Shown here one piece after another: positions 35,410 through 49,013 of a stretch of DNA of 64,000 nucleotides (its first letter is position 1; every line of letters begins with the position of its first letter). The DNA is from Rhynchopus sp. YZ270_cl-10. Taxonomy: Eukaryota. A model generated the notes under the pieces. It ran no database searches and was not told where the DNA came from. It worked only from the letters and a program-made list of their open reading frames with translations. The stretch lies in contig OZ037836.1 in assembly GCA_964035575.1 (NCBI GenBank), positions 1,922,001 through 1,986,000 on the forward strand, read 5' to 3'. The position numbers and the translations under genes were made by a program.

Positions 35410-38400
35410 AGCGCCCCCCCCCTTTAGGGGGCGCAGTGAGACCCTTTTTTCTGTCACACCCCCCAAAAAATCATGAAAAAGTGTAAAAAAAATATCCGAA
35501 AACACAAAACCACCCCAGAAAACACATTTGTGGGACTATTTCTTACTTTTTGATGCCTTTTTGGCACTTTTTGGCACTTTTGGGAACTTTTTTTGACACT
35601 TTTTGTAGCGTTTTCACCCCATTTTCATCGTTTTCTAAGGGGGTTTGATACAGGGCGATTTATCAAAAAATTCAATTTTTTTCAATAGTCCAAAACAAGA
35701 GGAAAAGAGGTTTTTTCCACTCAGATGTGTCCACAGAGCGATTTCTGGGGGGTTTTGGGGCCAAAAGTCTATTTTTTTGTACACCTTTGCTGAAAATTTT
35801 GAATTATTTTTTTGCCGTAAAAACCACATTTTAGCCGGGATGAGGAAGTGTGACATAAGTGTGACATTGGAGGGGGGCATCTCATAGCCCAGAAAAAAGC
35901 GTTTTTTTAACTTGGAAGTAGGGTTTTCTGCCTATTTGGGTGTCCCCGCATCCATTCCGAGCCGAATTCTGGCCTTCTGTGACTTTTTCGGCGGCCCTTT
36001 TGAGGTCGGCATTTGGGAATCATCCCAAGAACACCCCAAAGAACAGGTATTTTTAGGGTAACATGAGTATTTTTTTTTGTACACAACACACGAAGCGGTA
36101 CGCGCACGGTTGTTAGGAAATAATACAGACCGAAATGTTTGGGCGGCTTCGGTTCGAATGATTGGAATTGCGTGTGAAACTCAGACATAAATACTGGCTC
36201 TTCTATCTTGTTCTTTTACTCATTGTTTTCCTTTCATTGCCCTTTGCTTGTGCTCCCCGACTCCAATTCAATCAACACTTACAGAGGGGGGCTAAAAAGT
36301 TATTAGCGTTTTTCAAAAAAAAAAAAAAAAAAAAAGGGGGATGCGTCCAATGAAAATCACGTCGTTTAGAAGAGCTCAAGAATGTAGGTTTTATTATTTT
36401 GAAAAAAAATATTTCTGGGGGTGCCAAAAAAGCCCCAAAACTATATTTTCCCACCCCCGGACCTCACCCAAATATGATGGGAGTGGTTTTCGGGGCTTTA
36501 CAGGTGCTCCGTGGAACCAGAAATGGTGATTTAGGAAGTGTGACAGAAGTGTGACAGAAGTGTGACAAGAAGTGTGACAGAAGTGTGACATCGGAGAAAT
36601 TTGGATCTGGGGTCACCAAAATGGGCAAAAACCATCTGAAAACAGTCTATTCCACCCCCAGTGGGGTCCGGCAATCATTTTCGAGTGGTTTTGGGGACTT
36701 ATGTGGACCTGTGGACAATTTTTTGGGGGTTTTAATGTGTGTAAACATGCTAAGAAGTGAGGGAAATGCTGCTTTTTTAGGCGTTTCAGACACTGCAGAA
36801 TACATCTGGGGCCCACATCAGGACCCCTAAAAGCTGCAAAAACCATACATTTCCACCCTGGGACCCCACCGGATGTGGACCGAGGTGTTTTTCGGGTGTT
36901 TAGAAGGCATAATGTCTCCTTAGAATTTTTTTTTGAAAAGTGTTGAAAATTGACCCAAAAGCGTTACACAAGCGTTACACATTTTTGGCCATTTTTTCAC
37001 AAAAAACCAATTTTTTTTAATCAGGAAAGTATCTGTAGAGGTCGTCAGGTGGTTTAATGAGATATTTGGGTGATCCCCAGGGCGATTTGCGGCCAGGTAC
37101 GACCTTTTTAGTGGGTTTCTTCACCTAAATTTCAAAAAAATGGGTTTGTGACAGTATTTGTACAGGGATTTAGACACCACTGCGCCCCCTACCCCCCCCC
37201 CTTAGGCATAGTGTGCAGACGAACAAAATGTTCGTCGATGTTCGTCGTGGGGGGAAAAAAAATTTTTGTTCGTCGATGTTCGTCGTTGTTCGTCGTGGGT
37301 TGCCCTTGTGGCAGGGACCTGTTCGTCGATGTTCGTCGATGTTCGTCGACGAACATCGACGAACAAAACCGACGAACATTTTGTTCGTCGACGAACCAAA
37401 AATGTTCGTCTGCACACTATGCTTAGGGGGTGCGATGAGGCCGTTTTTTCTGTAACACACCCGAAAAAATCATAAAAAGTGTAAAAAAAATCAGTCGAGA
37501 ACACAAAATCACCCCAGGAAACACATTTGGTGGACTATTCCTTACTTTTTGGTGCCTTTTTGGCACTTTCTGGCACTTTCCCCCCCGATTTTTTGACACT
37601 TTTTGTCGCATTTTCACCCAATTTCCCCCTTTTCTGAGGGGATTTGATACAGGGCGATTTATCAAAAAATTCAAAAATTTAAAATAGTCCAAAACAAGAG
37701 GAAAAGTGGATTTTTCCAGTCATATGTGTGCACACGAGTGATTTCCAGGGGGTTTTGGGTCCAAAAGTCCATTTTTCTTTATGTCTTTGCTGAGAATTTT
37801 GAATTTTTTTTATACATAAAAACCACATTTTGGCCGGGAGGAGAAAGTGTTGCAAAAGTGTTGCAAGAGGGGTTTTTGACCTGCAGGCACCAAAATCGAC
37901 CAAAAAGTGGTCGCAAATATGATTTTCCACCCCTCCTGGGGTGGGGAGGGTAACTCCTGGGGGTTTTTGTGACCTCTGTGGACCTTTGGGTGGAGTTTTT
38001 TGGGTTCTCGGGTACGGAACAAGTCTGGAAACTACTAATGTATAGGTGATTTTTAGCGTTGCACCCGACGAAACACCTCTTGGAGACCCAACCTGGACCC
38101 CTAAAAGTCGCAAAAACCACATAATTCCACCCTGGGACCCCACAGGAGGGCGAATGGGGTGGTTTTCTGGTGTTTGGAGGGTTTTCTGGGGGCTCGGGAG
38201 AGTATTTTCGAAAGTGTTGCATTTCGGCCAAGACGTGTTACATTTTTGTTACATGTTTTTCGTGATTTTTTCAGAAAAAATGCATTTTTTTTGGGTAGGA
38301 AAGCTCCTGTGGTGATCGTCCGGTATTTTACTGGGATATTTTGCTGGTCCCCAGGCGGATTTGCGGCCAGGTACGCCCTTTTTAGTGGGATTTTTGACCT

Positions 38401-38480
38401 AAATTTCAAAAAAATGGGTTTGTTACACTAATTCCTTAAGGATTTCTACTACGGTTGCACCCCCTACCCCCCCCCCCCCT
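35410..38480. repeat. Two diverged tandem copies of a 1.0-1.8 kb non-coding repeat
   Basis: About 35440-35845 resembles 37440-37850, and about 36820-37200 resembles 38090-38480. Units begin at a GCGCCCCC...GGGGG(C/T)GC hairpin. Boundaries approximate. Confidence 0.7.
37206..37422. mobile_element. 217-bp MITE made of ATGTTCGTCG repeats, 4-bp TSD TTAG
   Basis: TIR GCATAGTGTGCAGACGAACA / TGTTCGTCTGCACACTATGC. TTAG at 37202-37205 and 37423-37426. Confidence 0.85.
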
Positions 38481-38707
38481 TGTTCTTTTCATAAATACAA
38501 GACTCAGCAGCAACAGGCTTCAGAGACCATTGTGTCCAACTTTTTCCCCTTTCCGCTTCGCTTTGATACCGAATCTGATCAAAGGTGACATAAAGCAAGG
38601 ACCTTTCTTCCCTGCCTCACCACCCTTCAGCACTCACAACACCACGACCACAGAAGGCACGACAATAGAGAAGAAAAATCTGAAGAAGAAAAAATACACA
38701 GCAAAAC

Positions 38708-39641
38708 ATGGATCTGAATGTGGAGTTTTGCGACGTGATTGAGGTGGCTCTGGCTGACACAGTGGAGGACATGCGTCGGAAGGTGGCGTCTGCAGTGGGG
38801 CTGCCTGAAGACAGCTTTGACATGAGTTTCGGAGGCGAAGCGATGGGAAAAAGATACGACACGATGCAGCTGAGTGCTGGGGACACAATTTTGGTGACGA
38901 CGACAAAAAGGTGCGAAGCCATAGCAGCACTTCATGCGTTGGGTGTGACCGACCTGACGCCTGGGAGGTTGGAGGAGGTGGAGGATCCTGAGGTGGCGTG
39001 TTTGCTTCTGCAGGCGGAGGTTGCGACTGTTATTCCCAACTGCTTCTTGGCGGAGACATCGATAACGCGACTTGATCTGAGTGCTGTGTCGACGGTCACG
39101 CGGATTGAGGACAGCTTCCTCTACCTGTGCAGGAGTTTGACAGCTGTCGACTTGTGTTGTTTCAACAGTCTCACGCACGTTGGGGACTGGTTCCTCGAGG
39201 GGTGCAGCAGTTTAACAGCACTCAACTTGTCTTCACTCAACAGCCTCACGCGCATTGGGAACAGCTTCGTCACCGGATGCAAGAGTTTAACGAGCATTGA
39301 TGTGACTGCACTCAAGAATGTTACGGTGATAGGGTACAGCTTCCTCCTCAACTGCACCAGTTTAACATCTCTGGACCTGTCGTCACTCACCCAGCTTACG
39401 CACCTCGGGGCTTACTTCCTCCAGGGATGCGAAAGTTTAACATCTCTCGACTTGTCTTCACTCAACAACGTTACGCACGTGGCCCACCCCTTCTGCATGG
39501 GTACAAACTTACAAGCCATCCGCCTCTCTGGGTGCAGTGCTGTTGTGTCACTTGATGAAGTTTGTTGTGGATGTCCGTCCGAAACGGAAGCGAGACGAAT
39601 CACCTGACGAAGACTGCAAGCGACCGAGACTGTCGCAGTGA
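38708..39641 (+). CDS. UBL-LRR protein, subfamily B; ORF ends at 39607, ancestral NLS tail displaced into the +1 frame
   Basis: 299-aa ORF. After VVS near 39550 the +1 frame reads LMKFVVDVRPKRKRDESPDEDCKRPRLSQ* (stop 39639-39641), matching the paralog tails. Confidence 0.8.
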
Positions 39642-40278
39642 CAGACCACGATCTCTCTTATTCGTGCCGAACCTGAGTATGTTTGTGCAGTCCTGAGGTC
39701 TGTGCACGGGTTTTTCGATGGCACCGTTGTGACCGGACGTGGCTAGCCGCATTTCGGAGTAATGGCGCCATACCCGTGCAGAACGTGACTCAGGATGACA
39801 ACTCGTCGAGAGACCTTCCACAGCTGCGTATGGCAGCATTGAGGGAGACGTCGTGAGCAGTGAGTTTGCTTAACTTACCTTTTAATTTGTTTCAGCTCTT
39901 GTAACGAGAGTTGATGTTTGTTTATGTTGTCATTTAGTGTTTATGAGTGCATCATCTGTTAGCAAATAACCCCACCCCACCCAATATATTTTTGTTCAGA
40001 AGACGGAAGGAAGCGTGTGTACGTGCCTATGTATCACTGGCCATGCGGCACTGTGCAGACAAAGTTCGTCCAGTTTCCTGATAATCGGTGTACGTGTTTT
40101 CGTCGCCGCTCTAGCTGTTGTTAAACCCTGTTCCACAAATTAATTTGTACGAGTACACTGCCGGGTTTTGTATTTACTGGGTACTGGGCATTGCATTCCG
40201 AATCCTCACCACAGCCCACACACCCCCCTCCCCCACACACACCTCCCTTTGTGAGGATCCCCCACAACACTCCTAGCA

Positions 40279-43200
40279 ATGGTTGAGGGGAAGGCGCCGT
40301 TGTGCGAGACCGACTCTGAAGATGGCGACGTGCTGCTTGAGGTGCCTCCCGCGAGTGTGGAGCAGATGGGCGAGGAAACGCCTCCGACACCGCAGGAGCT
40401 GCAGCAGGAGCAGGCGCTGTTCGAGACCGACGATGCCGTCTTCGCAGGCTCTGGGAGCGTCTTCACCGTGCAACCGAAAGGGGTGGACCGGAGAAAAATT
40501 GCGATCGGGGTCTGCGTACTGCTTCTTGTCGTTCTCATAGTGTTGCTGATTGTTTTTGTCCCTGACTGGGATGACGACAACAACGATACCAACGCACCTG
40601 ACACAGACACACTCAAACAAACAAGCTCACCAGACGCCACACCCACACCAGGAGGCACGCCTACCACCCCCCCAACCCAGACTGCTTCCACCTCCACACC
40701 TCTGCCTGACATCTGCGGGGCCCCCGACGTTCAGGTCGGCCGTTACAGCAAGAAAACCGCGCGTACTGTTGTGCTCCCCAACGGCATTCCTGTGGTGATC
40801 TTCAGTGATCCCGATGCTGCTCTGGCAAGCGCCGCTTTTGATGTAGGAGTGGGCTCGTTCGATGATCCTGAGGAGTTCTACGGGCTGGCACACTTTGTAG
40901 AGCACATGGTCTTCAAGGGGTCTGCACGCTACCCAGGAGAGTCGCAGTTTGGGGAAATAGTACAGCGTTTTTCTGGAAGCTCGAATGCCTTTACCGACAG
41001 CACGCAAACCAGCTTTTTTTTTGAGTGCGCGGCAGCCGGGCTCGCCGAGGTGCTTGGTGTGTTTGGTGGGTTTATAGACCAGCCGTTATTCCCTGAGTCT
41101 GGGGTGCTGCGTGAGGTTGCGGCAGTGGACAGTGAATATAAAGCTTATTTACCACGTAGCGTGTGGCGTACGTTTGCATTGCAGAAGGAGACGGCGGAGA
41201 ACAAACCGATGAAGGGGTTTTCTGTGGGGAGTGTTGGGACGTTGAATAAGACTGGTGTGCGTGACGCGCTGGTTGCCCTGCATGCTCGCTCTTATACGAC
41301 AGACAATATTGCGATCGCGGTGACCGCCCCGCTCCCGCTCGACGCCCTGCAGGATGCGGTGCTTGCCGCCTTTGGTGCCATACCACGCAGCACTGCGACC
41401 CGACCACAGTGGGTTGCCGACCCTGCCTCAATGCCCCTCCCGTACCCAACCCCAGGACGTATCGTCACCGCACGCCCCTACAGCCCCGAAGAACGGCGCC
41501 TCAAGATCGTATGGCAGGTCCCCTTCGATACCCAAGGTGCTCCCCCTTCTCCAGGGCCGGGTGCCGTGCTGGCCTTTTTGATTGGTCAAGAAGGAGCTGG
41601 GGGGCTGCCGGCAGTGCTCCGTGACGCTGGGCTGGCGACCAATGTAGTGTCGGAATTCTACGATCGGCAGAATTGGGTGTCGCTGCCGGCGGTGACAATT
41701 GAGCTGACGGAGGCAGGCCTGCAGAGGATAGACGATATAGTGGCGACAGTGTACGCATACCTACGGACAGTGCGGGAGACTGGCGTGGTGGGTTTGGAGC
41801 AGTGGTACGCAAGGGTGCAGCGTGCAGCGGTTGTCGGGTGGGATCTGCTGCCTGAGTCGCAAGGGATGAATGCGGCGAGTGGATATGCGTTCCGGCTGCG
41901 GAAGTTGCAGGAGAGCACCCAATGCTTGAACCATGTGACCAACCCGCCGTCGTTGTGGGCGTTCAACGAGACATTGGCGCTGGCGGAGTTGGACGAAATG
42001 AAGGAAGAGAATATGTGGCTGTATCTGTTCTCGGAGGGTGCGTACACAGCGCGCAAGGCGGCGCAGCCAGACGCAGCGCAGACGGAGCCGTGGTTCCAGG
42101 TCGCCTACGTGTCGGAGGTGGTGTCGGATGCGCGGCGTGCAAGCTGGGCGCCTGCCCTCTCGCCGCTGGCGGCAGTGCTGCGTCCCCCGCCTGCAGACGC
42201 GCTCTTCTCTGTGTCCGTGCCCGACGCAGCGAGCGACACAGACGCCCCCGCGGCAGATGATGTGCTCGCACTGCCGGCCCCGACAGCGCTCCCCACAACA
42301 TCCGGGGGGCACATCGACGCCTACTACCGCGGGTCTGTCTTCACACGCCCTGTGGGTGTGCTGCGTGTACGCCTGCTGCGTGCGGTGCCTGCTGTCGTGG
42401 TGCAGAACATACGCAACGTGGACGACGAGGTTGCCGCTGCGCTTGCGTCACGCGGCGTGAACAACGCACTGCGCGACGTGCGTGCGCAGGCGGCGGAGGT
42501 TGCGATGTCCTTCGCCGTCTCCTTCGACCTCGACTTTCTTGAGGTTGCCCTCAGCGGCGTCGTTGCACAGTTCCCTGCACTTCTGTCACACATCCTCAAT
42601 GCACTCTCCACGCCCTTCAACGGCAGCACCACAAACTTCGCCACCGCCAAACAAGACTTTTCTAACGGCCTCCTCTCTTGGCGCACCGAATCCTGGCTCG
42701 TACAACAGGCACTCTCCATCCTCGACAGCGAGGTCACACCAGACAATACCAATGCCGCTTTAACCTCCGCCCTCACCACTGCCTCGCAAGCCACCGCTGA
42801 AGCTGTTGCCAACGAATACAAAGGCTCCTGCCAGCTGCTCCTCGCCTCAAACACCAAGCAGACACCACGCGATGCGGCATACTCCGCTATTGCAGCGCAG
42901 CTCCGTTCTGCTGGCTTCTGTTCAACGCCCTCTGCGGCACACAACCCGCTCACCCGGGTCCTCAGGACAAAGAACTGGAATGTCATCCGGAGAGTAGCTC
43001 CGAACAGCCAAGAAACCGCAGGGGCTGCCACCGATGCGTTTCAGTTAGGTGTAAACACTCCCGAGGTCGAAGCTCGCAGCAGGGTCCTGCAGACGTTGAT
43101 GGGTGAGGCATTCTTCACGCAGTTGCGGAGTGTGGAGGCGTTGGGGTATGTAGCGCAGGTGGTGCGTCGGGTGGTCAGCGGGGTGGTGACGATGTATACA

Positions 43201-46200
43201 ATTGTGCAAGGTAGTGTGCGTGATGCGGGGTATATGGGGGCAAGGATTCAAAACTTTTTGTTTGTATTTGAGAAGACGTTGGAAGCGATGGACGGTGCTG
43301 CGTTTGCAACGGTTGTGCAGAGTATGGTGGCGGAGCAGATGGCGCCTCCGGCGGACAAAGGTAAAGAGTCGGAGGTGGTGTGGTCGGAGCTCACCTCAGG
43401 CACCAGGATGTGGGACAGAAGGGCGCAGGTGTTGGCAGCATTGCGTGGGGTGACGCAGGCGACGCTCCTGGAATGGTACCGGGAAAACTTCTTGCGCACT
43501 GAGTCGCGCAGAATCACGTCTGTGTTGGTATGGCCTTTTTGTTCATCTTGGATTATGATCTTATAAACTTTTCTTTTATTTTGTTCTGTCCTGAGTCGAA
43601 ACGGGAGTAGCGGAGTATCATATGTAAACCACGAAATGGATGTAGGACTGCATTGGTTGGGGGGGTCCACCTCTTGCCATACAGGTTTTTTCTAGCGTCT
43701 TCCCCCTCGCCAGCGTTCATCACCGAATTGGTGAACCCCTTCCCCAACACAAAGCAAAATCCTCTCTTAACTCTACTTCACTTTTTTTTCCACACAACAC
43801 CCAACACAGCTGTACAGTGCGTCCACCGCTGTGCCTACCCTCGATGTCACCGCCATGCCCGATGCTCCTGCTGACGTACGCCCGACCCGCTACGTCTCGG
43901 AAGGTTTTATCCCTGCGATGTACAACGAGACCTGGGCAGACACACCCACCTTCGTTGTACCGGGCACATGCCGGACGATTGAGGCGACTGCGCAGACGGT
44001 TGTGCAGAGTGCCTACAGCACGACGCAGACACGCACCTTCGTGCTCCCCAACGGCATCCCCGCCACCCTCGTCTCCGACAGCACAGCACCTCTCGCCTCA
44101 GCAGCCGTCCACGTCGCTACCGGGTCGTTTTCGGACCCAGCAGAGTTTCAGGGTCTTGCGCACTTCCTAGAGCATATGCTCTTCATGGGGTCACAGAGGT
44201 ATCCCGGTGAGACATACTACCATGACATGGTGCGGAACAATGCGGGGAGTGCCAACGCATGGACCGGGCCTGACGGAACGAATTACCATTTTGCAGTGCT
44301 GCCAGACGCATTTGCCGCGGTGTTGGATGTGCTGGGCGGTGTCTTCGAGGGGCCGCTGCTAGCAGAGTCAGCAATATCGCGTGAGGTGCAAGCCGTGCAG
44401 AGTGAATACGATTTGAATTTAGGCAAGCCGTACAGACGGTTGTCCCAGCTTCAGAGAAGTGTGTCCGCGCCAAACACCCCATGGAACGGCTTCAGCGTCG
44501 GAACGTTGGAAACATTGAACAAGACCGGTGTGCGTGACGCGCTGCTCGCCCTGTATGCTCGCTCCTACACAACAGACAATATTGCGATCGCAGTGACCGC
44601 CCCGCTCCCGCTCGACGCCCTGCAGGATGCGGTGCTTGCCGCCTTTGGTGCCATACCACGCAGCACTGCGACCCGACCACAGTGGGTTGCCGACCCAGCC
44701 TCAATGCCTCAACCGTACTCTGGGGTTTACAATGGCAGAGTGTACACTGGGCTTCCTGTCTCGGAGCAGGCGAGTCTGTCGGTGTACTGGCAGGTACCGT
44801 ACAGTACGGAGCGTACGACGGTGACGGATGTGACAGCCGTGGTGCGCTTTCTGTTAGAGCAGGGTGCGGAGGGTGGGTTGGAGGCTGAGCTGCGTCGTGC
44901 AGGGTGGGCGATGGAGGTGGAGTGTGATGTGGAGAGGTATTCGTGGTTCTCGCTGGTGGGGGTGGTGGTGTCGTTGACGACGGAGGGCGAGGGGCAGGCA
45001 GATGCCGTGGTAGCAACCATCTACGCGTACCTGGATGCGGTGGCGGTGGGGCTGGCGGCTACGCCGACGTTGCTTGAGGATGTGTTTGCGAGGGTGCGTG
45101 ATGCGGCCTTCGCGGTGTGGACGCTTGCGCCGCAGACGCGTGGGCAGCTGTCGGACACAGCGTATCTAGCAAAGACGACGAGCGCCATCTGGCGTGGCGA
45201 CCGATGCTTCAACCAGATGTACTACCCCCCGCAGCTGTGGGTGTTCGATGCTGCTGCGGAGCGGGCGGTGTTGGCGCTGCTGACAGTGGAGAACAGTGTC
45301 GTGTATCTGTTCTCGGAGGGTGCGTACACAGCGCGCAAGGCGGCGCAGCCAGACGCAGCGCAGACGGAGCCGTGGTTCCAGGTCGCCTACGTGTCGGAGG
45401 TGGTGTCGGATGCACGGCGTGCAAGCTGGGCGCCTGCCCTCTCGCCGCTGGCGGCAGTGCTGCGTCCCCCGCCTGCAGACGCGCTCTTCTCTGTGTCCGT
45501 GCCCGACGCAGCGAGCGACACAGACGCCCCCGCAGCAGATGATGTGCTCGCACTGCCGGCCCCGACAGCGCTCCCCGCAGCCACATCCGGGGGGTACATC
45601 GACGCTTACTACCGCGGGTCTGTCTTCACACGCCCTGTGGGTGTGCTGCGTGTACGCCTGCTGCGTGCGGTGCCTGCTGTCGTGGTGCAGAATATACGCA
45701 ACGTGGACGACGAGGTTGCCGCTGCGCTTGCGTCACGCGGCGTGAACAACGCACTGCGCGACGTGCGTGCGCAGGCGGCGGAGGTTGCGATGTCCTTCGC
45801 CGTCTCCTTCGACCTCGACTTTCTTGAGGTTGCCCTCAGCGGCGTCGTTGCACAGTTCCCTGCACTTCTGTCACACATCCTCAATGCACTCTCCACGCCC
45901 TTCAACGGCACCACGGCAAACTTCGACGCTGCCAAACGCGACGTGCAGAGCGACCTGGACGCATGGCTGGACTCACCACTTTACCAACAAATCAGCGACA
46001 TGCAGGTCCACTTGGGCCTCGGCCCTGGCAACGTTGTCCCTGCCCGCATCACCGCCCTCGACCGCTCCGTCGAACGCTTCGCCGCTGTCGTCCCCGAAGC
46101 TTACCAATCAGGCTCCTGCCAGCTGCTGCTCTCCTCCAACACCAAGCAGACACCGAGGGATGCTGTCTACGCTGACATCGTCGCACAGCTCCGTACTGCA

Positions 46201-48442
46201 GGCTACTGCAGTGCCGCAGTGACGGACACTCTCGTCCCGAACCTTGCGTCACGCCTATTACAGATAGACCAATGGATCGTCGTCCAGGAGCCTAGACCGA
46301 AGGACAACGGTGACGGCAACGAGGCTGCGTCCGAAGTCTACCAGCTCGGTCTCGACTCCACGGACAACGAAGCCCTGGCACGGCTGTGCGGCAGCGCGCT
46401 GCACGGTGCGGTGTTCACACAGCTGCGTACCAAGGAGGCCTTGGGGTACGTGGTGTGGGCTGGGGGCAGGCTGCGCAGTGGCGTCTGGCAGGTCGAGCTT
46501 CTGGTGCAGGGTGCCGCGCGGGGTGCGGCGTATATGGGGGCAAGGATGCAGAACTTCATTGCGACGTACGCTACGCAGCTGGACAGCATGGGGGACGATG
46601 CGTTCCGTGCGATGGCGGATGCGGTGGCGGCTGGGCTCAAGGCCTACCCCTCCACGACAGTAGCCGAGGCAGCGCCTGTGTGGGCACAGCTCGTGACAGG
46701 TGCACCGGACTGGGGTCGTCGCACTGCGGTGATTGCGTACCTCGAGTCCCTAAGCAGGGAGGCCTTCGTTGCCTGGTACCGTGAGACCTTCCTCAGTGCA
46801 AGGAGGCGGCTGCTCTCGACGCAGGTATGCTGGGATTCGTCAAAAAATGGGTGGGTTTTTTGTGGTTTTTTGCGTTGGGCAGGAGGGAGGGGGGGTGGCA
46901 TCCTGAGTGTGTGGCGTAGTATGAAAAGGCTTTCGGCCAACACTGAGTACAGACATATCACCCTGAGCTCCCCACCCCCAGGGCTATGACGGCAGGAAAA
47001 CGGGAAACGTTTCCTTTGCAGAAGCGGGTAATCCCCCCCGAATTGGGACCACTTGTCCTGCATGTCTTCCCGTGCTGCTGAAGCCGCCATGCCCTTCTCT
47101 AGTGGTCTGGAGGACCAGTTCTCCTACTGCAAGTCAATCTTCCCCGAAGAGCGTGCGCCCCACGACTTTCTGGAGCCCTGCTTTTGCCTTTGCACAACCG
47201 CGGGCAGCTGCGCGTGAAAACGGGATGCAGTATATACCCGCAGTGGTGGATGGGCTTTTTCGGCGTGCACCCACCTCTCCGCGCCATCCTCACCATCTCA
47301 TCCCTTCGCTCAACGGATGAGCTCTAGCTGAGGTCAGCTACGTACGCCGTCCACACTTCAATAAGATGTTCGCTACATTGATCGGAGGGGACTCGCCTGG
47401 TTCTCCGTCTGTGTCCCGCAGCCGAAGGAAGCGCCACGTGGGTGTCGTCAACCTGCAGATCTTATCTACGTTTTCCCAAACCTCGTCTCCGATGACTTGG
47501 TTTCTACGAATGTCGGCAACCCCCTTCGCTATCGGTTTTTTGCGCCCGTCTCCACTCTGTGTAGTCCAAGGAGACAGCGCTTCTCAAAGCCGCTTTGAGC
47601 TTCTTCAAACGGCGGAGACATATAAAAGTTGTCCCCATGCGTGTGTCATTGGGACACACCAGGGCGAGAGCAATCTTTTCGAGGATTGTTGCCAACCGTC
47701 CACCTTCTTTCCTCCATAGGGAGATATGGAGGTCCTTCTTCTCGTCTTTTGGGCTTGCAGATGCTGACACCCTGCCCCCCGGCGTCTGCAGGCTTTCACC
47801 CGGCTCGCACTCGAAGCAGTGAAAACTGCTTCGCAAAAAAACAGCATTTCACTGTTTTCGTCTTTGCCGTCTTCCGCCTGAACCTCCACGCTGTGCCATA
47901 CGCTCACGCCCTCACCCAACTAGCAACAGCAACAGAAACAAACGGGCTGAACCCAACGCCAGCAACTCTTATCCACACCCCCCCAGTGTTCTAAAAATAC
48001 GTATTGATTGAACAGTTCACAAATGTTCGAATAACGAGATCGAAATGTTAGTTATCAGATTCGTATCAATACGTACGCGTACTAATACATCAAGTGGTCA
48101 TCAATAGTGGGGGTGGATCACGTATTTTAGAACACCTGATCCACCCCTGCCCATTGTGCATTCCATTTTAAGGTGTATTCCACACTCAACAACAACCCAA
48201 CAAATAGTCTCCACCCAAGCATGGTGTGGCCTATACAGGGGTAGTGGTATACCTTAGAAGGACCTTTTTTACACCTTTTTTTTTTGGAAAAATTACACCA
48301 TTTAACACATCAGATATTCACGAACTCCAGCATCTACGAGCCCATGTCTGCTGCCGACATGCCTGACGCTGATCCTTCTCTCGTGCCGAAGTACCTTTCC
48401 CTGGAGAAAATGAAGATAACGTACCCCAACACATGGGCATAA
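40279..48442 (+). CDS. Type II membrane tandem M16A (insulinase/pitrilysin-like) metallopeptidase; exons 40279-43527, 43810-46824, 48314-48442 (2130 aa)
   Basis: TM segment IAIGVCVLLLVVLIVLLIVFV followed by a T/P-rich stalk. Two HxxEH motifs (GLAHFVEHMVF, GLAHFLEHMLF) and two FTQLR..EALGY motifs. Phase-0 GT-AG introns join the ORFs. The last exon (MPDADPSLVPKYLS...YPNTWA*) is homologous to the unit-1 tail (MPDAPADVRPTRYVS...YNETWA). Confidence 0.88.
43528..43809 (+). other. 282-bp GT-AG intron
   Basis: TTG|GTATGG ... CAACACAG|CTGTAC; in frame with ORF 43831. Confidence 0.82.
46825..48313 (+). other. 1489-bp GT-AG intron
   Basis: CAG|GTATGC ... CATCAG|ATATTC; same protein position as intron 1. 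Confidence 0.8.
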
Positions 48443-48913
48443 AACAAAATTTAAAAAAAAAAAAAAACGTCGAAAATTTTGCTCTTTTGTTATTACTTAG
48501 ATATGTACGGTCCTAAAGGCGATCGTTGTGTTAAATACAGAAAGTATCAGTCGATCAGTATCAGGCTGTCCATACAGATGCATGCCACGCGGTCGACTCT
48601 AAATAACGTTTTCTTTTTAAAAAGAACCCCCGATATAACTCCCTATGTCTGAAGAAAAAAAGTTGCTGTTACGCCCATTCTACGGTATTTTGACAAACCG
48701 TAAAAACCCCCCTTCCCTATTTACTGTAAAATGAAAAACAGTGCAAGTTATCTCCTGTTTGTGTGACTAAAAAACAAAAATCAAAAATCAAAAACAAAAA
48801 CAAAAACAAAAACAAAACAACTAGTGTGGATGAAGGGGCCTGACTTCGTAGTGCTTGCGCACTTCTTGCGCACTTTTTTCACCATACCCCTATGCACCAA
48901 AAAACTTCGAGGG

Positions 48914-49013
48914 ACAAAGGAGGATGAAACATACGCCGTGAGAAGAAAGATGGGACCATTTTTGTTGATCCCTCACCATAACTATCAATTTATTGATTGC
49001 ATATGATGAAAAT
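48914..49013. mobile_element. Short copy of the 9635-9989 family between 33-bp direct repeats
   Basis: ACCATACCCCTATGCACCAAA(A/G)AACTTCGAGGG at 48881-48913 and 49014-49046. Confidence 0.6.
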
